Positions 1 through 8,136 of a stretch of 64,000 nucleotides of DNA are shown here, piece after piece. Position 1 is the stretch's first letter. The number at the start of each line of letters is the position of its first letter. A program made the translations under genes and the position numbers. The notes below the pieces were generated by a model. It made no database searches. It was not told where the DNA came from and was given only the letters and a program-made list of their open reading frames with translations. The DNA is taken from assembly GCA_044221045.1 (NCBI GenBank), contig JBGAPX010000004.1, forward strand, positions 6,733 to 70,732. Direction: 5' to 3'. This stretch comes from Gemmatimonadales bacterium (GTDB lineage: Bacteria > Gemmatimonadota > Gemmatimonadetes > Gemmatimonadales > GWC2-71-9).

Positions 1-181
1 ACTGGCTCACCGAGCGCACCTGGTCGGTGCGGATCCGGATCCTGGCCCCCGTCAGGTCCACGAACGTGATCCACCGGGGCGCGAGCCACCGGTTGAGCTG
101 GTGCTCGATTGCCCGGGCCATCGTGGCCGAGACGGACCAGTGCCCGCACTCCGCGCAGACCAGGAAGTAGTCCGTGTTCAT
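1..181 (-). CDS. Hypothetical protein, truncated by the window edge (MNTDYFLVCAECGHWSVSATMARAIEHQLNRWLAPRWITFVDLTGARIRIRTDQVRSVSQ...)
   Basis: Hand-translated: ATG at 181-179 preceded by AGGAAG; frame open to the window edge; CxxC motif. Not in the ORF track. Confidence 0.6.
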   Translation of the reverse strand, partial: MNTDYFLVCAECGHWSVSATMARAIEHQLNRWLAPRWITFVDLTGARIRIRTDQVRSVSQ

Positions 182-206
182 CCGGCTTCCTGGGTTTGGC
201 GTGGTC

Positions 207-356
207 CTACACGGGCATCAGTACAGCGGGTGCCGCCGGACGCGCGCGGGCCGTGCGGAGCTGCGGGTAGACCGCGCGCTCCGCGGCGCGGATCGCGAAC
301 GAGGGCTCGTAGCGATCCTCCGGCGTCTCGAGCAGCAGGAGACGGATATCCAGCAT
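207..356 (-). CDS. 49-aa small protein (MLDIRLLLLETPEDRYEPSFAIRAAERAVYPQLRTARARPAAPAVLMPV)
   Basis: Perfect SD AAAGGAGG 4 nt before ATG (356-354); TAG at 209-207; 3' part of track ORF 207..491. Confidence 0.6.
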   Translation of the reverse strand: MLDIRLLLLETPEDRYEPSFAIRAAERAVYPQLRTARARPAAPAVLMPV

Positions 357-411
357 GGGCCCTCCTTTCGCGCGGGGGGGGCGGGAGTGGCGCGGCGGAC
401 GGCGTCCACCC

Positions 412-536
412 GTGCCGGGAGTCGCGTATCCGTGGTCCGCGTGGCCGTCGGCCGCCGGCCACCCCTGCCCCATCAATGGCGATCGCCCCACCCGTGACCG
501 GCACAGGTGGGGCGATCTGCCCTCGGGGACGCGACC
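412..536 (-). ncRNA. Putative structured RNA motif, copy 2
   Basis: Closing stem GGTCGCGT..CCG / CGG..ACGCGACT encloses two hairpins (481-517 with a 12-bp perfect stem; 441-462); shares flanking sequence with copy 1. Confidence 0.45.
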
Positions 537-543
537 GGATGGG

Positions 544-687
544 TCAGCTCGCCGAGGTCACCTGGGTGCCGTGGTTGTCCTGCGCATGTGTGTCCGTCGC
601 CGGGAACTGCCCGCGCGGAAACGCGGCCGGAGCCGCGCCTTGCACGCCTGGGTCCCGCGCGATGGTCGTCGAACTGCCGAGTGTCAT
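544..687 (-). CDS. Possible 47-aa small protein (MTLGSSTTIARDPGVQGAAPAAFPRGQFPATDTHAQDNHGTQVTSAS)
   Basis: GAGGA SD before ATG at 687-685; fills the gap between the two RNA motifs; no recognisable domain. Confidence 0.3.
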   Translation of the reverse strand: MTLGSSTTIARDPGVQGAAPAAFPRGQFPATDTHAQDNHGTQVTSAS

Positions 688-698
688 GCGTTCCTCAA

Positions 699-789
699 GT
701 GCCGGAAAAAAGAAAGTCGCGTCTCCGGGGCGGGTGCCCCGCCTCGATGATGAGGCGGCGGGACACGATGCCATCGGGACGCGACTCCC
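699..789 (-). ncRNA. Putative structured RNA or attenuator, copy 1, ending in a U-tract
   Basis: 15-bp stem GGGAGTCGCGTCCCG / CGG(A)GACGCGACTTTC, inner hairpin CCGCCTC-ATCATC-GAGGCGG, then TTTTTT; begins just downstream of a sigma70 promoter. Confidence 0.5.
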
Positions 790-800
790 AAGCGGGGCCA

Positions 801-829
801 ACAATACGAATGGCGCCGCGCGCTGTCAA
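801..829 (-). promoter_or_regulatory. sigma70-type promoter
   Basis: TTGACA (829-824) - 17 nt - TATTGT (806-801) in a very GC-rich background. Confidence 0.75.
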
Positions 830-842
830 TAGCCGATCCGGC

Positions 843-1580
843 TCAGTGGCCGGTGGTGTCCACGGTGAGCGAGAAGCCGTTGGCGCCCGCCTGCATCCGG
901 ACCACCTCGCGGCCGTCCTTGTCACGCACCCGCAGCATGGCGCCGGTGGAATCGGCGAGCAGCCGGACCAGGCTGCGCCCGAACTCGTCGCTGACCTTGA
1001 TGTTGGCGCCGTGCTTGTCGGCCAGGAGCTGGACCAGCTCGCCCTTGTCGCCGGTGGCCTCGACCTGGACCTTGCCGCCCAGGTCGGCGTGCAGCTCGAA
1101 GGGATCGCCCTCGCGCAGGCCGGCCTCGGCGTCGCGCGTGACCATCACCCGGCGCACCAGCCCGGACGGCTCGAAGGTGATCTCACCGAGGCTCACCCGG
1201 CCCTGCTCGCTCGGGGCGCAGCGGAAGCCGCGTTCGATGTCCATGTCGCGCCCGCCTTCGGGCTCGAGGACGCAGCTTTGGAGGGCGCGACCGGCCGGCT
1301 CGGAGGTCAGGACGACCGTCGCATTCAGTTCTGGGAGGTCGCCCGTCCGGGCGCGGCGCACCGCCACCTGCCGCAAGGTGCCCACGGCCTGGCCGTTGAG
1401 CAGGAAGGGCATCTCTGCACGGGCCGCGCCTTCGCTGGTCCAGACCGCGGCGTGCTGCACCGCGCTGGCGATGGCGTCCCGGGTGGCGGCCTTGGCTTGC
1501 CGCCCGAGCGTGATGAGCAGCATGCCGACGGCGAAGACGCCGAGGGCGCCGAGACCGATCCTGGACCAGAGGCTCTTCAT
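843..1580 (-). CDS. Hypothetical N-terminally membrane-anchored protein, 245 aa
   Basis: GGGAGG SD; N-terminal TM segment; plausible protein composition. Confidence 0.75.
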   Translation of the reverse strand: MKSLWSRIGLGALGVFAVGMLLITLGRQAKAATRDAIASAVQHAAVWTSEGAARAEMPFLLNGQAVGTLRQVAVRRARTGDLPELNATVVLTSEPAGRALQSCVLEPEGGRDMDIERGFRCAPSEQGRVSLGEITFEPSGLVRRVMVTRDAEAGLREGDPFELHADLGGKVQVEATGDKGELVQLLADKHGANIKVSDEFGRSLVRLLADSTGAMLRVRDKDGREVVRMQAGANGFSLTVDTTGH

Positions 1581-1648
1581 GGGTCCTCCCTGAAACGTCG
1601 GATGGGGCGGAATACTGGGCGCCCTACGACACGCTGCGGGGGGCAGTT

Positions 1649-2902
1649 TCAGGCTGGGACGGCGGTCCGGGCCAGCTCGCGGCCGAGGAAGTCCCGCGCG
1701 GGACCCGCCTCCGTGAGCGCCAGGGCGCGGCGCAGGGCGGCATGCGCCTGTTCCCGCTGCCCGATCTCGGCGAGAAGCCGACCCCTCGCCGCGTGGAACC
1801 AGGGGGAACGTTCCAGGGCCGGAACGCCCGCCAGCCCCTCGAGCTCCTGGAGGCCGGCCGCGGCACCGCGCAGCTCCCCGACGGCCACCGCGCGGTTCAG
1901 CCGGACGACCGGGGAGTCTTCGAGCCGCACCAGCTTGTCATAGGCGGCGACGACGCGGCTCCAGTCCGTCGCCCGGAAGGAGGGGGCGGCGGCATGCAAC
2001 GCGGCAATCTCGGCCTCGAGGTGCAGGCGCGTCACGGGATCGCCGCCGATCGCAGACGCCAGGTGGCGGAACCCGGCGGCGATGAGTCGCCGATCCCAGC
2101 GGCCGCGGTCCTGGTCCGGCAGCAGGATCAGCTGCCCGCCGTCGGCGCGCGCCGGCAGCCGCGCGGCGAGCAGGCAGGCCAGCCCGGCGAGCGCGTGCGT
2201 CGTGGATCCCTGCGTCGAGGGATGCATCGAGAGGGCCTCGGCCAGCCGCAGCGACTCGGCGCAGAGGTCGAGGCGAATCGGGTCGGGGCCGCGGGTGGGC
2301 GCGAATCCCTCATTGAAGATGAGGTAGACCACCTCGACGGCGGCCGGCAGCGCCGCCGCGAGCGCGGCACCGTCGGGAAGGAGCGCGACGAGTTGCGGCG
2401 TCGCGCGCAGGGTACGCTTGGCCCGCACCAGCCGCTGCGCAATGGCGGCCTCCTCGACCAGCAGCGCACGGGCAATTTCCCGGGCACTCAAGCCCGCTAC
2501 CAGGTTGAGGGCGAGCGGCACCACGACGTCGCGTGGGAGGGGCAGGCTGGCGCAGGTCATGAGGAGGGCGAGCAGGTCGTCGGGTACGTCGGTGGTCTCT
2601 GGCGCGGCCCGCGCGGACTCAGCCGCCAGCGCGGGCGCGAGCCGGTGGGCGGTGGATTCGCGTCGCAGCCGGTCGAGCGCGCGCCGCCACGCCGCCTGGT
2701 AGAGCCACGCCGCGGGATCCTCTGGAATCCCCCCGAACGGCCAGGTGCGGAGTGCAGACAGCAGCGCGTCCTGGATGGCGTCCTCGGCCAGGTCGAACCG
2801 CTCCGGTCCCAGCCGGCCCACGAGCGCGGCGACCACGCGCCCGTAGGCATGCCGGAACAGGTCGGCGACCAGCCCGGGGACGGCCGGCTCAGTCCTGCTC
2901 AC
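1649..2902 (-). CDS. ECF RNA polymerase sigma factor with C-terminal TPR-like extension (ECF42/DUF6596 type)
   Basis: Motifs AEDAIQDA, WPFGGIPEDPAAWL, IAQRLVRAK, YLIFNEG, DQDRGRWD, VRLNRAVA; GTG start overlaps the yciI end. Confidence 0.9.
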   Translation of the reverse strand: MSRTEPAVPGLVADLFRHAYGRVVAALVGRLGPERFDLAEDAIQDALLSALRTWPFGGIPEDPAAWLYQAAWRRALDRLRRESTAHRLAPALAAESARAAPETTDVPDDLLALLMTCASLPLPRDVVVPLALNLVAGLSAREIARALLVEEAAIAQRLVRAKRTLRATPQLVALLPDGAALAAALPAAVEVVYLIFNEGFAPTRGPDPIRLDLCAESLRLAEALSMHPSTQGSTTHALAGLACLLAARLPARADGGQLILLPDQDRGRWDRRLIAAGFRHLASAIGGDPVTRLHLEAEIAALHAAAPSFRATDWSRVVAAYDKLVRLEDSPVVRLNRAVAVGELRGAAAGLQELEGLAGVPALERSPWFHAARGRLLAEIGQREQAHAALRRALALTEAGPARDFLGRELARTAVPA

Positions 2903-3242
2903 CGATCTCGACCTCGCGCACCTCCACCCAGCCATTGTCCACGTGGGGACAGTCGCGCGCGATCGCCAGGGCGCCGTCGAGGTCGGGCGCCACGATCACG
3001 AAATAGCCGCCGACCACGTCCTTGGTCTCGGTGAAGGGGCCGTCCACCAGCCGGCCCGCCGCGTCCCGGCCGACGCGGCAGCCCACGCCGTCGCGCAGCT
3101 TGACGCCGGCCGTCAGCTTGCCCGCGGCCGCCATGCGCTCGGTCCACTCGGTGTAACGGGTCACGATGGCCTGGATGTCGGCCGGGGAGAGGTCGGCGTA
3201 GGTGGCAGGATCCTCGTGCAGCAGCAGCAGGTAGCTCGGCAT
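2889..3242 (-). CDS. YciI/DGPFAETKE family protein
   Basis: DGPFTETKDVVGGYF motif, C-terminal VEVREV; usual partner of ECF42 sigma factors. Confidence 0.9.
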   Translation of the reverse strand: MPSYLLLLHEDPATYADLSPADIQAIVTRYTEWTERMAAAGKLTAGVKLRDGVGCRVGRDAAGRLVDGPFTETKDVVGGYFVIVAPDLDGALAIARDCPHVDNGWVEVREVEIGEQD

Positions 3243-3331
3243 GATCGGCTCCGGGGTGTGGGCTCGCGGCCGCCCCCACGGCGGCCGCTCACCCTTCAGA
3301 CGGGCGAGCGGGCCCCCGCTCGACCACGCGG

Positions 3332-5707
3332 TCAGCGGGAGGGGGCCGGGAGGTCGGGGAGGCCCATCGCCGCGCGCACCGCCCGGAACCGGGGCTCGTC
3401 CCAGATGGGGGCGAACCACGAGACGTTGAGCGGCGCGGAGTACAGCATGCCATCGCGGGCCGCCTGGGCCCGTTCCAGCCAGTCGAGGGCGGCGGCGCGC
3501 TCCCCGAGACTCACCAGGCCGATGGCCACCGAGGCGGGCGAGGCCCTTCCCGCGCGGCCCTCGGCCTCGAGCTCCCGGAGCAATTGCGCTGCGCGGGGGC
3601 GATCGCCGGCGCCCGCCACCGCGGCAACGCGTACGCCGCCGAAGGGATTCTGCGGGGCGAGGCGCATGGCCTCGTCGAGGGGCTGGACGGCCTTCGCCGC
3701 ATCGCCGGTCCACAGCAGCGAGGACCCGAGGAAGGCGTACCCGGTCCACAGGCCGGGCGCGAGGTCGATGGCCCGGCGGCCGACGGCGGCGGCGGAGTCG
3801 CGCAGCCCGGCCAGGGCCAGCAGGTAGCCCAGCTCGCCGGTGACGATGGGCGACATCGGATCGATGCGCGCCGCCGCCTGCATCGCCGCGACCGCGTCGG
3901 CGGGGCGGCCCACGCAGGCGTAGAGCTCGGCGAGCCACTGGTGCGCCGAGGCGTAGGTGGAGTCGGCGGCGATGGCGCGGCGGAGCGCCTGCTCGGCGTC
4001 GGTCCAGCGGCCCAGGCTCTTGTAGAGCTGTCCCCGGGCGGCGTGCGCGTCGGCCAGGGTGCTGTCCAGCGCGAGGGCGCGCGCGGCGGCGCGCTCCACG
4101 ATGGGCAGCACCGAGTCCACGGGGGTGGGCCCATAGACCGGCAGCAGGCCGAGGGCGTCGGCGAGGCCGGCCCAGGCGCGTGCGAAGGTGGAGTCGCGCG
4201 CGATGGCCTGCTCGAAGTAGCCGGCGGCGCGGCGCAGGGACGCCTCGCCGCGCTGGCGCCAGTGGAAGCGCCCCTTCAGGTAGAGATCGTAGGCGGCCAT
4301 GTCCTCGGTGGCGCGCGTGGCGACGGGCGCGGCCGGCTCGAAGGCCACCTCGAGCGCGCTGGCGATGGCGCGGCCGATCTCCTCCTGCACCTGGAAGACA
4401 TCCTTGACCTCGCGCTCGTAGCTCTCGGCCCAGCGCACCAGGCCGTCCGACGCGCTGGTCAGCTGCACCGCCACGCGCACGCGGTCGCCGCCGCGGCGCA
4501 CCGAGCCGGCAAGCAGGTTGGCGACGCCCAGCTGGCGGGCCACCTCGCGCGGCTCAGCCGCCCGACCGCGCAGGGCGAAGGCGGCGGCGGATGACGCCAC
4601 CCGCAGGCTCGGTACCCGCGACAGGGCGATGGTGAGCTCCTCGGTGATGCCGTCGGCAAAGTAGGCGTCGGCGGAGTCGCCGCCGCTCAGGGCGAGCGGC
4701 ATCACGGCCAGCGAATTGGGGGCGACGGCGGCGGTCGCGGCGCGGCGCCCGAACAGCCACCAGGCAAGCGTCAGACCGAGCACCACGGTGGCGGCCAGCG
4801 CCGGCAGCCGCCAGCGCAGGGCGGGCGCGGCGGCGGCCCCGAGGGGGCCACCCGCGAGTGCCGCGTCCAGGGCGACGACGACCTCGTCGGCGGTGGCGGG
4901 GCGCTGGGCGGGGTCCTTGGCCAGGCAGCGGTGGACCAGGGCGGCGAGCGCGGGGGGCACCGCCGGTCCCAGCGGCTCCGGGTCGCGGGCCACGATGGCG
5001 GTGAGCAGCTCGCGCGGAGGAAGGCCGGCGAAGGGCGCGCGACCGGCGAGCATCTCGTAGGCCATCGCGCCGAAGGAATAGAGGTCGGCGCGGTGATCGG
5101 TGGCGGGATCGGCGGCCGCCTGCTCCGGCGCCATGTACCCGAGGGTGCCGAGCGACGTCCCGAGGGCGGTGAGCGGCGCGCCGCCCGAGACGGTGGGCGT
5201 CACGGGCCGCTCGTGGCCGGCCGACAGCGCCTTGGCCACGCCGAAGTCGGTGACCATGGCGGCGCCGCCGGAGAGCAGCACGTTGTCCGGCTTGATGTCG
5301 CGGTGGACCACGCCGTGGGCGTGGGCAAAGGCGAGGGCCCGCGCAGCGTCGCGGAGGATCGGCACCGCCTCCCGGGGCGGGATGGTACCGCGCTGCTCCA
5401 GGGCCGCGCGCAGCGACTCGCCCGCGACGAACGGCATGGTGTAGTAGGGGAGCTCCCCGAGCACGCCGGTGCCGAGCACCGTCACGATGTTCGGGTGCTG
5501 CAGCTGGGCGGAGAGCTGCACCTCCTGCTCGAACCGCTCGCGGTTCACGCCCGCGGCAAGCTCGGGGGCAAGGACCTTGGCGACGATCCGCCGACCGAGG
5601 CTCCGGTCGAGCGCCAGGAAGACGCGCGACATGCCCCCGCCGCCCAGTTCCCGTTCGACGGTGTACTGGGCGCCAAGGGACTGCTGCAGGGCGTCGCGGA
5701 GGTCCAT
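3332..5707 (-). CDS. Hanks-type Ser/Thr protein kinase with TM, TolB-like and TPR domains
   Basis: ELGGGGMSRV, HRDIKPDN, DFG, YMAPEQ; YFADGITEEL and AYDLYLKGR TPR module. Confidence 0.93.
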   Translation of the reverse strand: MDLRDALQQSLGAQYTVERELGGGGMSRVFLALDRSLGRRIVAKVLAPELAAGVNRERFEQEVQLSAQLQHPNIVTVLGTGVLGELPYYTMPFVAGESLRAALEQRGTIPPREAVPILRDAARALAFAHAHGVVHRDIKPDNVLLSGGAAMVTDFGVAKALSAGHERPVTPTVSGGAPLTALGTSLGTLGYMAPEQAAADPATDHRADLYSFGAMAYEMLAGRAPFAGLPPRELLTAIVARDPEPLGPAVPPALAALVHRCLAKDPAQRPATADEVVVALDAALAGGPLGAAAAPALRWRLPALAATVVLGLTLAWWLFGRRAATAAVAPNSLAVMPLALSGGDSADAYFADGITEELTIALSRVPSLRVASSAAAFALRGRAAEPREVARQLGVANLLAGSVRRGGDRVRVAVQLTSASDGLVRWAESYEREVKDVFQVQEEIGRAIASALEVAFEPAAPVATRATEDMAAYDLYLKGRFHWRQRGEASLRRAAGYFEQAIARDSTFARAWAGLADALGLLPVYGPTPVDSVLPIVERAAARALALDSTLADAHAARGQLYKSLGRWTDAEQALRRAIAADSTYASAHQWLAELYACVGRPADAVAAMQAAARIDPMSPIVTGELGYLLALAGLRDSAAAVGRRAIDLAPGLWTGYAFLGSSLLWTGDAAKAVQPLDEAMRLAPQNPFGGVRVAAVAGAGDRPRAAQLLRELEAEGRAGRASPASVAIGLVSLGERAAALDWLERAQAARDGMLYSAPLNVSWFAPIWDEPRFRAVRAAMGLPDLPAPSR

Positions 5708-5747
5708 GCGGGTCCGGGTAAGACGACCGGGCGGACGGAAAGGTTGC

Positions 5748-6296
5748 CTAGAGCTGGCCGTCGAGCCCCAGCTGGTGGTAGTAGTGCACCACCTCGTCCT
5801 GGTGCTCGAGCAGCCAGTCGATCGAGGGCTCGCGGCGCATCGCCTTGCGGAGGGCCTTGGCGGTGGCCTCGCGGTGGGTCTGGAACAGCACGCGATGGTC
5901 GAAGTCGGGAGCGTCGAGCACCGCGGGATCGAGCCAGACCGCGATGATGATCCCGAGCTCCTCCACGCGGTCCTTCGGAATGTCACCGCTGCGGACCGCG
6001 TCCAGCACCCCGTTGGCAATCGCCGCCTGCACCGTGCCCATGAAGATGTTGGTGTACCGGCTGTCGTCCACGGTCACCTTGCTCACCATCAGGGTGGCGG
6101 GCTTCACCTGGACGTCACTGTTGAGGATGGCGAAGACCCGGGTATGCCCCTTTACCTGGTCGCCGACCAGCGTGGCCAGCGCGGTGCCGACCGGTCCGTC
6201 GAGTTCGCCGATGACCACTTCCGGCTCGGCGGCGGACCAGGACGGCTCGGCCTCGACGAGGGCTTCACCGGTGCGGAGGACGATGCGCTGGGACAT
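5748..6296 (-). CDS. fae: Formaldehyde-activating enzyme (Fae) family protein, divergent paralogue type
   Basis: GEALV, KPATLMVSKVTV, MGTVQAAIANGVLDAV, EPSIDWLL; 182 aa matches Fae size. Confidence 0.85.
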   Translation of the reverse strand: MSQRIVLRTGEALVEAEPSWSAAEPEVVIGELDGPVGTALATLVGDQVKGHTRVFAILNSDVQVKPATLMVSKVTVDDSRYTNIFMGTVQAAIANGVLDAVRSGDIPKDRVEELGIIIAVWLDPAVLDAPDFDHRVLFQTHREATAKALRKAMRREPSIDWLLEHQDEVVHYYHQLGLDGQL

Positions 6297-6304
6297 GAGT
6301 GTTC

Positions 6305-6377
6305 CGGGAAACGGGAAACGGGAAACAGAAGCAGGAGCCCAGAAATGGAAGGGGGAAGGGGAAGGGGGAAAGGGGGG
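6305..6377 (+). repeat. Purine-rich tandem repeats (CGGGAAA x3; GGAAGGG(GG) x3-4)
   Basis: Read directly from the sequence. Confidence 0.85.
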
Positions 6378-6397
6378 ACGACGTCGCGCCGTCCCCC
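6373..6397 (-). terminator. Hairpin downstream of the M28 peptidase gene
   Basis: GGGGGACG..CGTCCCCC stem followed on the minus strand by a pyrimidine tract. Confidence 0.5.
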
Positions 6398-6413
6398 TGC
6401 CCTGTGCTGCTGC

Positions 6414-8048
6414 CTACTTGAGGCGCGGCTTGGTGGTCCTGGGGGCGGACTGGCACTCCGGCCAGGCGGTGGGGATGGGCCGTCGCGGGCCGCTGGTGGT
6501 ATCGGCCCGGGCCCGCTCGGCGAGCGCCGCGAGGTCCACGCGCTCCCGGGTGACGGTCGCGGTGTCTTCCGCAGCCATGTAGGCCAGCATCGCGGTGAGG
6601 GTCGCGGTGGCGCGCAGGTCGTCGAAGACCACCTTGTCGTAGGTGTCGCGGTTGGTGTGCCAGGTGTAGTTGCCGTAGTCCCAGCCGTGGGCGCCGAGGC
6701 TGGTGGCCGGGAGGCCCCAGCAGGCGAAGGAGGCGTCATCGCTCCCGCCGCCGGAGGGGAAGCCCGGCCCGCCGAAGGTGATCGGCTTGCGAAGCTCCTC
6801 CGGCAGCCGGGCCAGCCACCCCTCGAGGTGGCGGGCCAGGTCGGGAAGGCCCGCCGCGCCGAGGCGGACAATCCGGCCGGTGCCGTTGTCCTGGTTGAGG
6901 AGCACCTGCAATCCCTCGCGCACCTCGGGATGGTCCTCGCTGAAGGCGCGGGAGCCGACCAGGCCGTTCTCCTCGGAGGTCCAGTGGCCCACGAGGATGG
7001 TGCGGCTGGGATTGGGGAGGACCTGCTTGAGGATGCGCATGGCCTCCATCATGACCACGGTGCCGGTGCCGTTGTCGGTGGCGCCGGAGCCGCCGTCCCA
7101 CGAGTCGAAGTGGGCCGAGAGCATCACGTATTCGGCCGACCGGCTGCTGCCGGGGATGACCGCGACCGTATTGAACACGGGCTGCTCCCCCAGCAGCTCC
7201 GCGTCGAGGTTGAGGCGGAGCCGGGAGCCCTGGTTCCGTTCCGTCAGGCGATAGACCAGCCCGTAGTCCTCGCACGAGAGCGCGACGGCGGGGGCGCGGG
7301 TGTTGTAGGTATCGAAGATCTCGATGGTGCCCCAGGCGTCCTTGGGTCGGCTGGTGATCATCCCGGCGATCCCGGCTTGTTCCATCCGCTGCCCGAGCTC
7401 GCCGGTGCCGAGTGCCAGGCTGTAGCCGGTGCCGCGGACGCTGGGGCCGGCCCATTCCCGCCGGACCTGGGCGCGCAGGCTGTCCATCCGGACCTTCGAG
7501 TCCGGGGTGGCGTTCTTCTCCCAGTTTTCGACCGGGCGGCAGGTGGGCTGCGGGGCGGAGACCAGCACGAACTTGCCGCGGGCCTGGGGCAGCCAGCGGA
7601 CAAACTCGGTGCTGTCGGCAAAGCGGGGCAGGATGACCGTTGCGGCGGTCAGGTCCTTCTTCCGGGTCCCGGGACTGAAGCCCAGCATGGTGCCCTCGAG
7701 AGTTCGCACCCGGGGGGCCACCAGGTCGATGTGTGAGGTGCCGCGGCGCCAGCCCCGCCAGGTGCCGGCCTTCTCATTGCGGGCGGTGATGCCCCAGCCG
7801 GCGTAGGTGCGCACCAGCCAGTCGTTGCCGCTCTTCTGGAGCGCGGTCCCGGTGAGGCGGGGGCCGATGGAGTCGAACAACACCTGCGCCAGGGTCTCGG
7901 CACGCGAACTGTCCATCCCGAGGGACCAGATCCGGCGCAGGGTGGGGTCCTCGGTGGCGAAGGTCTGGGCGGTGAGCGGGATCCGCGGCGCAGCGAGGGC
8001 GACGAGCAGCGCGAGGCCGCGCACGAACAGGGAGCGCATGAGAGGCAT
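6414..8048 (-). CDS. Secreted M28-family metallopeptidase (carboxypeptidase Q-like)
   Basis: Signal peptide; IGPRLTG, SAHFDSWD, GATDNGTG, SEENGLVGS, GSDDASF, WHTNRDTYDK. Confidence 0.9.
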   Translation of the reverse strand: MPLMRSLFVRGLALLVALAAPRIPLTAQTFATEDPTLRRIWSLGMDSSRAETLAQVLFDSIGPRLTGTALQKSGNDWLVRTYAGWGITARNEKAGTWRGWRRGTSHIDLVAPRVRTLEGTMLGFSPGTRKKDLTAATVILPRFADSTEFVRWLPQARGKFVLVSAPQPTCRPVENWEKNATPDSKVRMDSLRAQVRREWAGPSVRGTGYSLALGTGELGQRMEQAGIAGMITSRPKDAWGTIEIFDTYNTRAPAVALSCEDYGLVYRLTERNQGSRLRLNLDAELLGEQPVFNTVAVIPGSSRSAEYVMLSAHFDSWDGGSGATDNGTGTVVMMEAMRILKQVLPNPSRTILVGHWTSEENGLVGSRAFSEDHPEVREGLQVLLNQDNGTGRIVRLGAAGLPDLARHLEGWLARLPEELRKPITFGGPGFPSGGGSDDASFACWGLPATSLGAHGWDYGNYTWHTNRDTYDKVVFDDLRATATLTAMLAYMAAEDTATVTRERVDLAALAERARADTTSGPRRPIPTAWPECQSAPRTTKPRLK

Positions 8049-8136
8049 CCGATGGGGGTGAGCAGCGGGCCGGCGATAGCCGGCCCGTGGAGGATACGTG
8101 GCAACGCCCGGCGACGTTGAGCCGCCGGCGTCGGGA

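Noticed and set aside
207-209. Possible TAG read-through joining the 49-aa ORF to the next gene
   Set aside because: The downstream ORF is in a different frame and has its own SD and ATG; no pyl genes are present in the window.
207-687. Small ORFs as RiPP precursors
   Set aside because: No maturase, peptidase or exporter genes are adjacent within the window; sequence beyond the left edge cannot be seen.
412-789. Paired hairpins considered as integron attC sites, tRNA or SRP RNA
   Set aside because: No RYYYAAC/GTTRRRY boxes, no cloverleaf or TTCG-arm/CCA pattern, no SRP GGAA-loop domain, and no integrase nearby.
1649-3242. ECF sigma-TPR plus YciI pair as a novel system
   Set aside because: Known ECF42/DGPF arrangement.
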